Positions 19,653 through 29,081 of a DNA stretch of 64,000 nucleotides are shown here, one piece after another. Made by a program: the position numbers and the translations under genes. The stretch comes from Gammaproteobacteria bacterium (GTDB lineage: Bacteria > Pseudomonadota > Gammaproteobacteria > CAJXQU01): contig CBDDAG010000001.1 of assembly GCA_965224825.1 (NCBI GenBank), forward strand, positions 1,147,705 to 1,211,704, given 5' to 3'. The notes below the pieces were generated by a model. It was not told the DNA's origin. It made no database searches and saw only the letters and a program-made list of their open reading frames with translations. Position 1 is the stretch's first letter. Each line of letters starts with the position of its first letter.

Positions 19653-20421
19653 TTCTTTTAATACCTGTTTCGATATCGCCATTGGATATTAATTTTAGCC
19701 AACGATAACCCGGTTGTTTGTCATCTGTTCCATATTCTTTCGCTTTGGGTAAAAACTGCGCACAGGTTGAAGGTGTGCCAAGCAACAAAACATCGTTCCT
19801 GATCTGCGAAAACTCCTGATGAATATGTCCCCAGATGATTCCTTTCACGTGATCATATTGATCCACAATCTCAAATAAATCATCCGGATTTTCCAGCATC
19901 ATGCCGTCCATCCATTCACTCTTGATCGAAACAGGGTGGTGGTGAAGGCAGATCAATACATTTGAGTCCTTTGATTTTTCTAGCCCTTCTTTCAGAGCAT
20001 CTAATTCCTTTTTATTGAGATAGCCACTATGAGTGTCTGCTTTATAAGAGTTTAAAAAGAGAATAGACCAGTTATCTATCTGAACTTTCTGATCAAAATG
20101 GATATTGTTGTTTTTCTTAAACATTTTTCTCATTAATTCAGGATCATCATGATTTCCTGGCAGAGAGTAAATTGGCTGATCAACTTGATCCAGAATTTCC
20201 AGAAGATTTTTGTAAGCCGTTTTCTCCGTATCCTGTACCAGATCACCTGTTGCCAGCATAAGATCGTAATTGGGAAAATCATCTTTGATCAGGTTCAAAA
20301 CTGCCTGAAGTGAGCTGTAAGAATTGATCCCGGAAAAATCATCCTCTTCATTTGTAAATATGTGTAAATCCGTAATTTGAATAAGCACAAGATCTGCTGA
20401 TTTTTCATTGTTAATGTTCAT
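19615..20421 (-). CDS. cpdA: 3',5'-cyclic-AMP phosphodiesterase
   Basis: Metallophosphoesterase motifs TDLH, TGDLVQD, PGNHDD, LHHHP, WGHIHQ, TPSTC. Confidence 0.92.
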   Translation of the reverse strand: MNINNEKSADLVLIQITDLHIFTNEEDDFSGINSYSSLQAVLNLIKDDFPNYDLMLATGDLVQDTEKTAYKNLLEILDQVDQPIYSLPGNHDDPELMRKMFKKNNNIHFDQKVQIDNWSILFLNSYKADTHSGYLNKKELDALKEGLEKSKDSNVLICLHHHPVSIKSEWMDGMMLENPDDLFEIVDQYDHVKGIIWGHIHQEFSQIRNDVLLLGTPSTCAQFLPKAKEYGTDDKQPGYRWLKLISNGDIETGIKRISPQHYHEDKPD

Positions 20422-20479
20422 TGTTACTTACTCGAAATAAGATTATGAAATTGCGATAGATAATAGTTTTAATGACAGC

Positions 20480-20575
20480 TTATCCACAGGATATACAGTT
20501 TCAATTCACAGCACAACACACATCATCTTGTGGTTTGCCGCTACCTTGACCACTGGTAATTGTATATAGTATCTT
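20480..20575 (+). promoter_or_regulatory. DnaA box plus NrdR-like box(es) and a sigma70-like promoter
   Basis: Perfect TTATCCACA at 20480-20488; ACACATCATCTTGTGG at 20518-20533 resembles the NrdR box; TTGACC at 20546; TATATAGT half-site near 20563. Confidence 0.5.
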
Positions 20576-20627
20576 TAGTACACCGTTTATTAATACTAAC
20601 AATAAGAGCGAAAGGGGAAATGAATTA

Positions 20628-20903
20628 ATGAGTATTTCTTATAAAGAAGCGACTGATTTATTGTCAGCACTTCAGGAAATCGAAATACCTGACTCTCATA
20701 CAATCATGGAAGATACTCAACCCACTCAAACATCACCTTTCTTCACCGAAAACGGACTAAATATTTCGGCTCTGTCACTTGAAAGTTGTGATGCACAAGA
20801 GTTGATGCACTGCTATCAACTGGCATTGGATTTTGGTGTTCCAACAGCAAGACGCGCATTGGCGCTTTATCAATCAAGATCAACCTTTCAGAAAGATAGT
20901 TAG
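20628..20903 (+). CDS. Hypothetical protein
   Basis: 91-aa ORF with an AAGGGG RBS-like sequence, divergent from cpdA. Confidence 0.55.
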   Translation: MSISYKEATDLLSALQEIEIPDSHTIMEDTQPTQTSPFFTENGLNISALSLESCDAQELMHCYQLALDFGVPTARRALALYQSRSTFQKDS

Positions 20904-20948
20904 TGCTTTACCCCGGTTTTGGCTGATCATAGATATTCATGATCAACC

Positions 20949-21425
20949 TTATTCTTTGCGCACCCAGTCTCCAGATTTTCCACCAGACTTTTCAAGCAGA
21001 CAAACACCTTCGATCATCATCCCTCGATCAACGGCTTTGCACATATCATAAATTGTCAGAAGTGCTATTTGCGTCGCGGTTAGCGCTTCCATTTCGACAC
21101 CTGTTTTACCATCGGTTTCTACGATGACCGTACATTTAATTGCATTATTATCAATAGATTCAAGATCAAGCTGGATGTGAGTTATAGGAAGAGGATGGCA
21201 GAGTGGAATCAGATCAGCGGTCTTTTTCGCCGCCATTATTCCAGCAACTCTCGCGATCCCTAGCACATCACCTTTTTTGTGATTACCTTCTGTGATCAGC
21301 TTAAGTGTTGCAGGTTGCATAGTAATCCGACCAGATGTTTTTGCGATCCGATGGGTAATCTCTTTTTGACCGACATCCACCATGTGGGCATCGCCGGATT
21401 GATTGAAATGCGTGAGTTTGCTCAT
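20949..21425 (-). CDS. moaC: Cyclic pyranopterin monophosphate synthase
   Basis: [35 protein letters not shown]. Confidence 0.98.
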   Translation of the reverse strand: MSKLTHFNQSGDAHMVDVGQKEITHRIAKTSGRITMQPATLKLITEGNHKKGDVLGIARVAGIMAAKKTADLIPLCHPLPITHIQLDLESIDNNAIKCTVIVETDGKTGVEMEALTATQIALLTIYDMCKAVDRGMMIEGVCLLEKSGGKSGDWVRKE

Positions 21426-21474
21426 GATGACTAAAGACGCCCGAAAGTTTCAAAGTTAGATTATAATTCAAACT

Positions 21475-21708
21475 ATGACGATCACTGTAAAGTTTTTTGC
21501 GAGTTTACGAGAACTAATAGGTAAGGAAGATGTTTTCCTCGAGCCTTCCGATAATCTAACACTTGAGCAGGTATGGCAACAGGCGACGAATAATGCCGAG
21601 ATGCCTGCGAAATTATTGATGGCGATCAATCTGGAATATGCAAAACTGGATGATCCGGTGAATGACAATGATGAAGTTGCATTTTTTCCTCCGGTAACAG
21701 GAGGTTAG
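21475..21708 (+). CDS. moaD: Molybdopterin synthase sulfur carrier
   Basis: VKFFASLRE, EVAFFPPVTGG C-terminal GG. Confidence 0.97.
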   Translation: MTITVKFFASLRELIGKEDVFLEPSDNLTLEQVWQQATNNAEMPAKLLMAINLEYAKLDDPVNDNDEVAFFPPVTGG

Positions 21709-21710
21709 GG

Positions 21711-22142
21711 ATGAAAGTTTCTATTGTTTCAAGTAATTTTGATCCCTGGAATGAGATTTCTCTTCATCAAAAACAGCTTCCGTCCGGACAATTTGGTGGA
21801 ACGAATGTCTTTGTCGGAACGATGCGTGATTTTAATGATGATAAAACCGTTCAGGGCATGACGCTTGAACACTATGCAGGAATGACTGAAAAACATCTTG
21901 AAAAGATCTGTCAGGAAGCGATTGATCGTTGGGAGCTTGTTGATGCGATGATCATCCACCGTGTTGGTGAAATTTTACCGGATGATCCAATTGTACTGAT
22001 CGCCGCATGGTCGGCTCATCGGAAAGAAGCTTTCGAGGCCAGTCGCTTTATGATCGAAGATCTAAAACACTCGGCTCCATTCTGGAAAAAAGAAAAAACC
22101 ACAAATGGTGCACGTTGGGTGGAAACCAACACGCCTTCCTGA
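21711..22142 (+). CDS. moaE: Molybdopterin synthase catalytic subunit
   Basis: FVGTMRD, LEHYAGMT, HRVG, SAHRKEAF, APFWKKE. Confidence 0.97.
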   Translation: MKVSIVSSNFDPWNEISLHQKQLPSGQFGGTNVFVGTMRDFNDDKTVQGMTLEHYAGMTEKHLEKICQEAIDRWELVDAMIIHRVGEILPDDPIVLIAAWSAHRKEAFEASRFMIEDLKHSAPFWKKEKTTNGARWVETNTPS

Positions 22143-22179
22143 GTAAAATGGTCAGTTTCCTTCGGACTGATCTAATTTA

Positions 22180-22914
22180 ATGAAAAATCCAATCTTACTT
22201 GGCGTCAATATTGATCACATCGCAACCGTCAGGCAGGCTCGCGGCACACGTTATCCTGATCCGGTTCAGGCCGCTATTGAAGCTGAGCAGGCGGGTGCAG
22301 ATGGAATTACCGTTCATCTGCGTGAAGATCGTCGGCATATTCAGGATCGTGATGTGGAAATTTTGAAAGATGTTCTACAAACGCGGATGAATCTGGAAAT
22401 GGCTGTAACCGATGAAATGATCGGCATTGCCGAGCGGATCAAACCTGCACATTGTTGTCTGGTTCCAGAAAAGCGTGAGGAATTAACGACGGAAGGTGGT
22501 CTTGATGTTGTGGGACAACGGGACAAAATTAAAAATGCTTGTGACCGGTTGGCAGATGCCGGGATCGAAGTTTCATTATTTATTGATGCGGATCAAAAAC
22601 AGATCGAAATGTCAGCCGAAGTTGGGGCGCCTGCGATTGAAATCCACACAGGACATTTTGCAGATTGCGAAAATGACATAGATGCGAACAAAGAACTCAA
22701 ACGAATTGTTCTTGGAGTGGAGCAGGGCATCGATGCTGGATTGATCGTTAATGCAGGTCATGGTCTTCATTATCATAATGCTGAAGTGATTGCTGCTATC
22801 CCACAAATTAACGAATTAAATATCGGCCATGCATTGATCGCCCGTGCCATGTTTACCGGTTTACCAGAAGCTGTCAGAGAAATGAAACGCATTATGCGCG
22901 AGGCTCGTTTATGA
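22180..22914 (+). CDS. pdxJ: Pyridoxine 5'-phosphate synthase
   Basis: [36 protein letters not shown]. Confidence 0.99.
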   Translation: MKNPILLGVNIDHIATVRQARGTRYPDPVQAAIEAEQAGADGITVHLREDRRHIQDRDVEILKDVLQTRMNLEMAVTDEMIGIAERIKPAHCCLVPEKREELTTEGGLDVVGQRDKIKNACDRLADAGIEVSLFIDADQKQIEMSAEVGAPAIEIHTGHFADCENDIDANKELKRIVLGVEQGIDAGLIVNAGHGLHYHNAEVIAAIPQINELNIGHALIARAMFTGLPEAVREMKRIMREARL

Positions 22915-23306
22915 TCTTTGGGATTGGTGTAGATATTGTCCAAATCTCGCGCATTCAGGATGCGATAGATCGGCACGGGGATAAGTTTGCAAAAAAAATT
23001 CTTGGCAATAACGAATTTCAGGAATATCTGACCAACAATAAAAAAGTAAACTTTCTGGCAAAAAGGTTTGCTGCAAAAGAAGCTTTTTCCAAAGCACTGG
23101 GAACGGGTTTTACGAATGGGTTAACACTGAAACAAATCGAAGTTTCGCATAATGAAATTGGCCGACCGATCTTGATCTTAACGGGTCACGCAAAACAGGA
23201 AACTGATCAATTAAATATCAGACACTACCATGTCAGCTTGTCTGACGAACGGGAACATGTCGTCGCATTTGTGACTCTGGAAGGCCGCGTTCGCCATAAT
23301 CATTAA
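22911..23306 (+). CDS. acpS: Holo-ACP synthase
   Basis: [30 protein letters not shown]. Confidence 0.97.
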   Translation: MIFGIGVDIVQISRIQDAIDRHGDKFAKKILGNNEFQEYLTNNKKVNFLAKRFAAKEAFSKALGTGFTNGLTLKQIEVSHNEIGRPILILTGHAKQETDQLNIRHYHVSLSDEREHVVAFVTLEGRVRHNH

Positions 23307-23591
23307 GACCAGGAAAATAAGAAAAATAATTTATTCAATGTCTGATCTGGAAAAATATGCAAACGACACATGTTCGCGAACATCTCTCATTAAATTAACA
23401 CCAGCAAAATCAAACTCTTACATCCAAAGCCAACTTCTCTAAAAACCTATTAAATTGCAAGTTTGTTTGAAATAGAGTTGACAGTTTTATACAACAGAGA
23501 ACTACTATATTTACTATTCATAAAAACTAATAAATTAATCTTTAGCTGTAATAACCACTGCAAAACCATTGTAATAATATCGGAGTTCTTT

Positions 23592-24722
23592 ATGATAGGA
23601 AGTAGCAGAGAACAAATGGTTTGGCAGCAAAATATTAGATTAAAGGAAAGATCACTTAGGGATGAAACTTTGAAAGATTTAGAGCAACAGTTTGAAAATC
23701 AATTTGTTGTATTTGATGACCTGACTGACAAACAAAAAATATCGATTACTCAATTAAGTAATAAAGCATATTTATATCAGTTTCCATATTGGTCGATTAA
23801 AGACAATTGTCGACTAATGGTCTACACAGATGGTGAAGAAGTTATTGCTTATTCTGTGATTACTATAAAGAAGATACCTTTCACAGGTAAGGAGGTCTTC
23901 CGTATTACTTACGGTCCTGTTTTTTCAGAGCCAGCCTGTCTCTTGGCACACCTGAAATTGATGACGGAATCGCTACCGGCTAAATGTTTAGCTTTAGAGA
24001 TCAATCCTTATTGTACCGACACACAAACAAATACTGACATTATTGAAATTATTCAACGATTAGGATTTACGCCTGGTTCTACAAATACAAGTACTTATAA
24101 AACAACCTTACAACTTGACCTAGATAGACCTATGGAAGAAATTCGAGGGTCATTCAGGCGTTCGTTGAAAACACAATTGAACCGTGCAATAAAGTCAGGG
24201 GTTGATGTTGAACGAACGGATCAGGACGAACAGTGGGAAGAGGCAATCGCCCACTATAACGATTTCGCTGAAACCAATCCCATACACTTCATTAGTAAAG
24301 AGGAAGCATCCATAATCAGGCAATTTAAAAACGAACGATTCCACCTTTTTAAAGCAAGTATGAATGGTGATTTTTTAGGCTGCTTAATTCTTTATTCTTT
24401 AGATGATCATGTGTTGGCTGACTGGTTGGTAGTAACCGAGCAAGCAAAAGAGCAGAAGCTGCCCGTTACTCACTGTTTACATTGGGAAGCTATCAATTGG
24501 GCAAAATCAGCAGGATTTGCAAATTATGATTTTGCAGGATTCTGGCAAGATTTAGGATCAGACAATTCAATTAACCGATTTAAGTTAGGTTTTACAAAGC
24601 AGGAAGTGCCACTTTGTGACAACTATACTTTTACAAAAAAACCGAAACTATTGGAACGTGTAAAGAAAATTCACGAACTTAAGATGTCACTTGCACAAGG
24701 TGTCTTTCGCAGTAAATCATAG
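23592..24722 (+). CDS. FemAB/FemX-like aminoacyl- or acyl-transferase (double GNAT fold)
   Basis: ITYGPVF, TLQLDLDRPMEEIRGSFRRSLKTQLNRAIKSGV, LHWEAINWAK..YDFAG, INRFKLGF; start codon uncertain (23463-23670). Confidence 0.8.
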   Translation: MIGSSREQMVWQQNIRLKERSLRDETLKDLEQQFENQFVVFDDLTDKQKISITQLSNKAYLYQFPYWSIKDNCRLMVYTDGEEVIAYSVITIKKIPFTGKEVFRITYGPVFSEPACLLAHLKLMTESLPAKCLALEINPYCTDTQTNTDIIEIIQRLGFTPGSTNTSTYKTTLQLDLDRPMEEIRGSFRRSLKTQLNRAIKSGVDVERTDQDEQWEEAIAHYNDFAETNPIHFISKEEASIIRQFKNERFHLFKASMNGDFLGCLILYSLDDHVLADWLVVTEQAKEQKLPVTHCLHWEAINWAKSAGFANYDFAGFWQDLGSDNSINRFKLGFTKQEVPLCDNYTFTKKPKLLERVKKIHELKMSLAQGVFRSKS

Positions 24723-24971
24723 GCAAGTCAATTGCTTACAAGAACAATATGGACATAGAAACTTGGACGGATAATTTTAATTGAAATTGCGTACTCTTTA
24801 CATGTATGTCTTATAACAATAAAAAGCTAAGGATATTATTTATAAAGTTGATGGCTATTACCCCGCTGAGGATTGTGCCGAAATGCAGGCACCTGAGTAT
24901 CTCTATAAATAGGGACATCACATTGAAATCTGGTCGCCACGACTAGACCCCGGGAGGATTAAATCTAAAAA

Positions 24972-26087
24972 ATGGAACACCGTGTTTTAACAAGTATAGC
25001 TCAAGCCAATGAACTAGCTGATGAGTGGAAGGCACTTGTAGAATCCTGCCCCTCTTCAGTTTATGACATGCCAGAATTTTTGCTTACGTCATATGAACAT
25101 TTTTGTACTCCAGAAGATGAATTGCGAATCGTGACGTTCTACAACAGTGGAAGTCTCGTGGGTCTAATGCCTTTATATTTGACATCTCGAAACTTGTGGG
25201 GACGTCGGACACGGTGTCTGATGCAGCTTGGAGACTTTGAAGGTGATTGTTGTGGGATTATTGGGCACGACCACGATCAACTGTGGAACAAACTTTATGA
25301 AGTGCTCGAAGAGGATGGCTCATGGGAGATGCTGATTTTTTCGGAATTAGATCTGGAAGATAACAATCTTACGAGGGGTTTTGAAAATAACTCTGAGTAT
25401 CACTTGTTCTCTAATATCTACTCACACCGATATCTGAGTGACACATCGACCGATTATGATGAGTACTTCGCCAAGCTGTCTAAATCTTCAAAAAAAGAGA
25501 TTAATCGGAAAATCAACAAAAATAAAAAACAGACGAATCCTTTTCAACTTGAATCTCACTATGGCGTTACGGATATTGAATTAGCCATCGAGAACTTAAA
25601 CCGGTTTATCAATATAGAAAGTTTGTCATGGAAGGCAAACGATGGTGTCGGCATCGGTAACAAGCCACATGCATCTGAGTTTTATCATGAATTATTTTCG
25701 CACCTGGCCCGAGAAGGAAAACCTTCATTCTGGTTTTTGACGAGCGAAGGAAAAGATATTTCCAGTCTCATTGCGTACCATCATCAACACACCTTGTACA
25801 TGGCTCATACAACCTATGATCCAGCATATGCAAAATCTTCTCCCAGCTTAATTGCAACGAAAGGTCTGCTCGAATACGCCTGTGACCATCCGGACATCAC
25901 AATATATGATCCCCTCGCAACGTTAGTGACTCAAGGTCGTCCTCGACATAAAACGGCATGGTCTACACACAAGGATCCCATCGAGATGAGGGAAGTAACA
26001 ATACTACATAAGCGTGGTGTCATAGGCATGTTTGCCCGTGCAAAGCGTATTCGTGACTGGATAAATGACTTTAGAGAAACGAGTTGA
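24972..26087 (+). CDS. CelD/BcsL-like GNAT acyltransferase
   Basis: LVGLMPL, YDEYFAKLSKSSKK, IESLSWK, TTYDPAYAKSSPS. Confidence 0.8.
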   Translation: MEHRVLTSIAQANELADEWKALVESCPSSVYDMPEFLLTSYEHFCTPEDELRIVTFYNSGSLVGLMPLYLTSRNLWGRRTRCLMQLGDFEGDCCGIIGHDHDQLWNKLYEVLEEDGSWEMLIFSELDLEDNNLTRGFENNSEYHLFSNIYSHRYLSDTSTDYDEYFAKLSKSSKKEINRKINKNKKQTNPFQLESHYGVTDIELAIENLNRFINIESLSWKANDGVGIGNKPHASEFYHELFSHLAREGKPSFWFLTSEGKDISSLIAYHHQHTLYMAHTTYDPAYAKSSPSLIATKGLLEYACDHPDITIYDPLATLVTQGRPRHKTAWSTHKDPIEMREVTILHKRGVIGMFARAKRIRDWINDFRETS

Positions 26088-26122
26088 ATCAATTTTTTTA
26101 ACTTTGATACTAAACAAAATCT

Positions 26123-27241
26123 ATGAATAATTCACAAATAAAAGTTTCTGTTGTATCTCCACAGGACATCAGTAGCAAAACGATTTCTGCATGGATAGAA
26201 CTTGAGGAACGTGCGGTCGAGGCAAATGCTTTTCTTTCACCACTATTTATTTTGCCTGCTATCAAATATCTGGATGCAGATAAAAATATTTTGATTTTTC
26301 TCATTGAGAAAACCAATGCAGGAACTAGTGAGCTGCTTGGTGTCGGTGTTTTTCAGGAGAGCGATTATTACAGGTTTTTTCCATTGCGTCATCTTGTTGC
26401 TTATAAATCAATCCATTCATATTTGACCGGTTTATTGGTTGACAAAGATCATATAGAAGAAGTTCTAAACTGTTTATATGAGTTTGTTTTATCACCAAAA
26501 AACAATTGGCATTTTTTGAACTATGAATCGAAAATAGCTGATGATAAGCTGGATGAAGCAGAACAACTTGTTGCAGCAAAATTTGGTATCAATTGGATAG
26601 AAACCAGTCGACACGAACGTGCAATGCTCATTCCCTCTCAATGTGATGAGTCCACTCTATTAAATACACCGAAGAAATTCAGGAAAAATTTTGAAAGGTG
26701 TATGCGACGGCTGGATGAACTTGGCGAGAGTAAATGGCAGCTGTTGGACCGTAATACTTTAAATGAGCAAGCTATAGACAATTTTATCAGACTTGAAGAT
26801 ATGGGTTGGAAGAAAGAGGAAGGAACGTCATTGGCATCGAATTCTAATGATGTTTTATTTTTTCGAGAGATGACAAAAGGGTTTCATGAAAATGGCAGAG
26901 CATTTTTTACGGAACTTAGCTTAAATGATGAAGTTATAGCTTCAACTTCGAACCTTATTTCTGGCAACACAGGATTTGCATTCAAAATAGGGTGGAATGC
27001 GGAATATGCAAAACTATCTCCTGGAATATTGAATGAAATCAAATTTATTCAATATTGCAAATCGTCGTTTAATCAATTGGATTTGATGGATAGTGGTGCA
27101 GGAGATGGCTCATTTATAGATAAGATATGGCCATTGAAACGTGATCTTGTTTCAGGTATTTACACAACTACAAAAACTGGAAGAAGGGTGGCCCAAAATA
27201 TGATACGCATTAAAAATATCATGCAGCGTAACAACGATTGA
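26123..27241 (+). CDS. CelD/BcsL-like GNAT acyltransferase
   Basis: EANAFLSPLF, RRLDELG, FIRLEDMGWK..GTSL, FAFKIGWNAEYAKLSPG. Confidence 0.82.
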   Translation: MNNSQIKVSVVSPQDISSKTISAWIELEERAVEANAFLSPLFILPAIKYLDADKNILIFLIEKTNAGTSELLGVGVFQESDYYRFFPLRHLVAYKSIHSYLTGLLVDKDHIEEVLNCLYEFVLSPKNNWHFLNYESKIADDKLDEAEQLVAAKFGINWIETSRHERAMLIPSQCDESTLLNTPKKFRKNFERCMRRLDELGESKWQLLDRNTLNEQAIDNFIRLEDMGWKKEEGTSLASNSNDVLFFREMTKGFHENGRAFFTELSLNDEVIASTSNLISGNTGFAFKIGWNAEYAKLSPGILNEIKFIQYCKSSFNQLDLMDSGAGDGSFIDKIWPLKRDLVSGIYTTTKTGRRVAQNMIRIKNIMQRNND

Positions 27242-27285
27242 AGAGTTAAGATATTTCCAGATAAAAATTATAACTAAAGGTTCCT

Positions 27286-27499
27286 TAAGGAGTCCCTGAT
27301 CAAGTACAGATTGTTTTAGACTGGCCGAAAGTGCCCCAAACTTCTTCGAAGTTTTCAGCAATAGACAAGAAATTGCTCCTGCATTTCTTGCATTCTCTCC
27401 ATCCATGGAGATCAACCACTATTGCGTCTCATTTCTAAAGAAGTTTGAAACCCTTTCATCTCAGCGTAAACTCAACCAGATTTAATCAGAAGCTCTATA
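27286..27499. repeat. MITE-like palindromic element (family B, copy 2) with a ~47-bp internal insertion
   Basis: Colinear with 18750-18913 (TAAGGAG..CTGATCAAGT..GATTGTTTTAG..CCCCAAACTTCTTCGAA..AAAGAAGTTTG..TCAACCAGA.TTAATCAGA); extra hairpins at ~27366-27412. Confidence 0.82.
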
Positions 27500-27536
27500 A
27501 AATAATTTTTTGAGAACTTAAATTTTGATAGGTAAA

Positions 27537-28739
27537 ATGAATTCAGATCAGCATAACCATTCGTCGACAGTTCAGCCTGTAAATGAACAAGTTGCAATAA
27601 AGAGCAGCCAATTAATCGTTAGAACATTCGGTCGAGACGAAATTGACCCTGAGTTTATAGATCAATGGTTGGAGCTCGAGAAAAATGCACTTGAAGCGAA
27701 TGCGTTCCACTCTCCCCATTTCATAATTCCTCTGTTGCAACATGTCATGCCTGATGAAAACCCCATTTTTGTTGCGGTATACCTCAGAAATAGTGAAAAG
27801 GATAAACTTGTCGGGCTTGGTATTTTTTTAGTTCATGGAAACAAAGATTGTCCAAGTTATCCACGCAAACATAAGGCATCTTTTTATTGTTTAGATCACT
27901 GCTACCTTGGTGGTTTGATGATTGATTCAAGTTGTCCTGGTGTAACTATTGAAGCCATCTTTAACTATTTCCGGGAACATTCTAAACAATGGGGATCTGT
28001 CCTGTTTCAAGATATACCCGGTGATGGTGAGATTTTTGCTCTTATGAGTCAGTCGAAGGCACTGGTAGGTAGTTGGACGGGATTGCGTGAGGTAAAACGA
28101 GCTTACCTCCCAATAGCTGAGTCTGGTGAGGATTATATTAACAGGCAACTTTCCTCAAAAAAACGTGCTGACCTTCGAAGACTCAGGCGTCGACTCGGAG
28201 AGCAGGGCGAATTGGAGTGGCGTTGTCTGGTTGGAAAACAGGTTGACTCATGTCATATAGATGACTTTTTGAAGTTGGAACACGCGGGATGGAAATCTGA
28301 TAAAGGCTCATCATTACTATCACATGAAGCGGATACTCGGTTTTTTACTGATACTGTTCAGAGATTTGCAGCATCTGATCGAGCTTTGTTCACCGAACTC
28401 AGGTTGAGTGGAAAAACAATTGCATCAACCTGTAACTTTATCTCAGGTAACGCCGCTTTCGCATATAAACTTGGTTGGGATCCAGCATACTCCAAATTTA
28501 GTCCCAGCATCTTAAATTTGATTTCACTAACTGAAAATATCCAAAATCACTGCTCACAGTTAGAGTATTTTGATAGCGGCTCTGTAGAAGGCTCGTTTAT
28601 TGATAAGCTCTGGGAGGATCGACGGATACTTGTTAATGGTTTTTTTTCTTTTAGTCGATCAGCAAACTTCTTATTAACTGGTACACAATTAACTAAGAGA
28701 TTACTAGGAAAAACGGCCGTAGATTCAACAGGAGATTAA
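27537..28739 (+). CDS. CelD/BcsL-like GNAT acyltransferase (paralog of 26123-27241)
   Basis: EANAFHSPHF, RRLRRRLGEQG, FLKLEHAGWK..GSSL, FAYKLGWDPAYSKFSPS, GSFIDKLW. Confidence 0.82.
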   Translation: MNSDQHNHSSTVQPVNEQVAIKSSQLIVRTFGRDEIDPEFIDQWLELEKNALEANAFHSPHFIIPLLQHVMPDENPIFVAVYLRNSEKDKLVGLGIFLVHGNKDCPSYPRKHKASFYCLDHCYLGGLMIDSSCPGVTIEAIFNYFREHSKQWGSVLFQDIPGDGEIFALMSQSKALVGSWTGLREVKRAYLPIAESGEDYINRQLSSKKRADLRRLRRRLGEQGELEWRCLVGKQVDSCHIDDFLKLEHAGWKSDKGSSLLSHEADTRFFTDTVQRFAASDRALFTELRLSGKTIASTCNFISGNAAFAYKLGWDPAYSKFSPSILNLISLTENIQNHCSQLEYFDSGSVEGSFIDKLWEDRRILVNGFFSFSRSANFLLTGTQLTKRLLGKTAVDSTGD

Positions 28740-29081
28740 TGTCGGGCCAAAGGTAATTGATCTTAAGGATTTGTTTCTGGAATTTGCACAGTTTTAGTTC
28801 TTGATGAGCGCCAGGTCCTGTTTAACTCACTTGTCTCAGAATTGAATGGATAAAAGGAGTGTTCTTTTGAGCCTTCCTACCTTCCTTTTGTTCGAGGGAA
28901 AGTAGTGCAATAAAATCGCGTCACAGATGTTATCTGTGGCGAGTAAATTCTTCTCCAAGAATTTTCTATAGATTAAGTATGTTTAGGGTATGATGTGCGG
29001 CTTGATTTTCTTGCCGCTCAGTACGGCAATATTAAGTTTAAATATGTGTACATATTTGTGTACACAATACGGAAAGAATAG

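Noticed and set aside
20480-20488. DnaA box as a possible oriC
   Set aside because: It is a single box with no cluster, and dif lies 28 kb away; a promoter role fits better.
22911-24722. Functional link between acpS and the GNAT island
   Set aside because: pdxJ-acpS is a standard pair, so the adjacency is probably just the insertion point.
24723-24971. Possible riboswitch before the second GNAT (TCTGGTCG/CGACTAGA hairpin); hairpins in 28740-29081
   Set aside because: No riboswitch consensus recognised; isolated short stems are not enough without an Rfam search.
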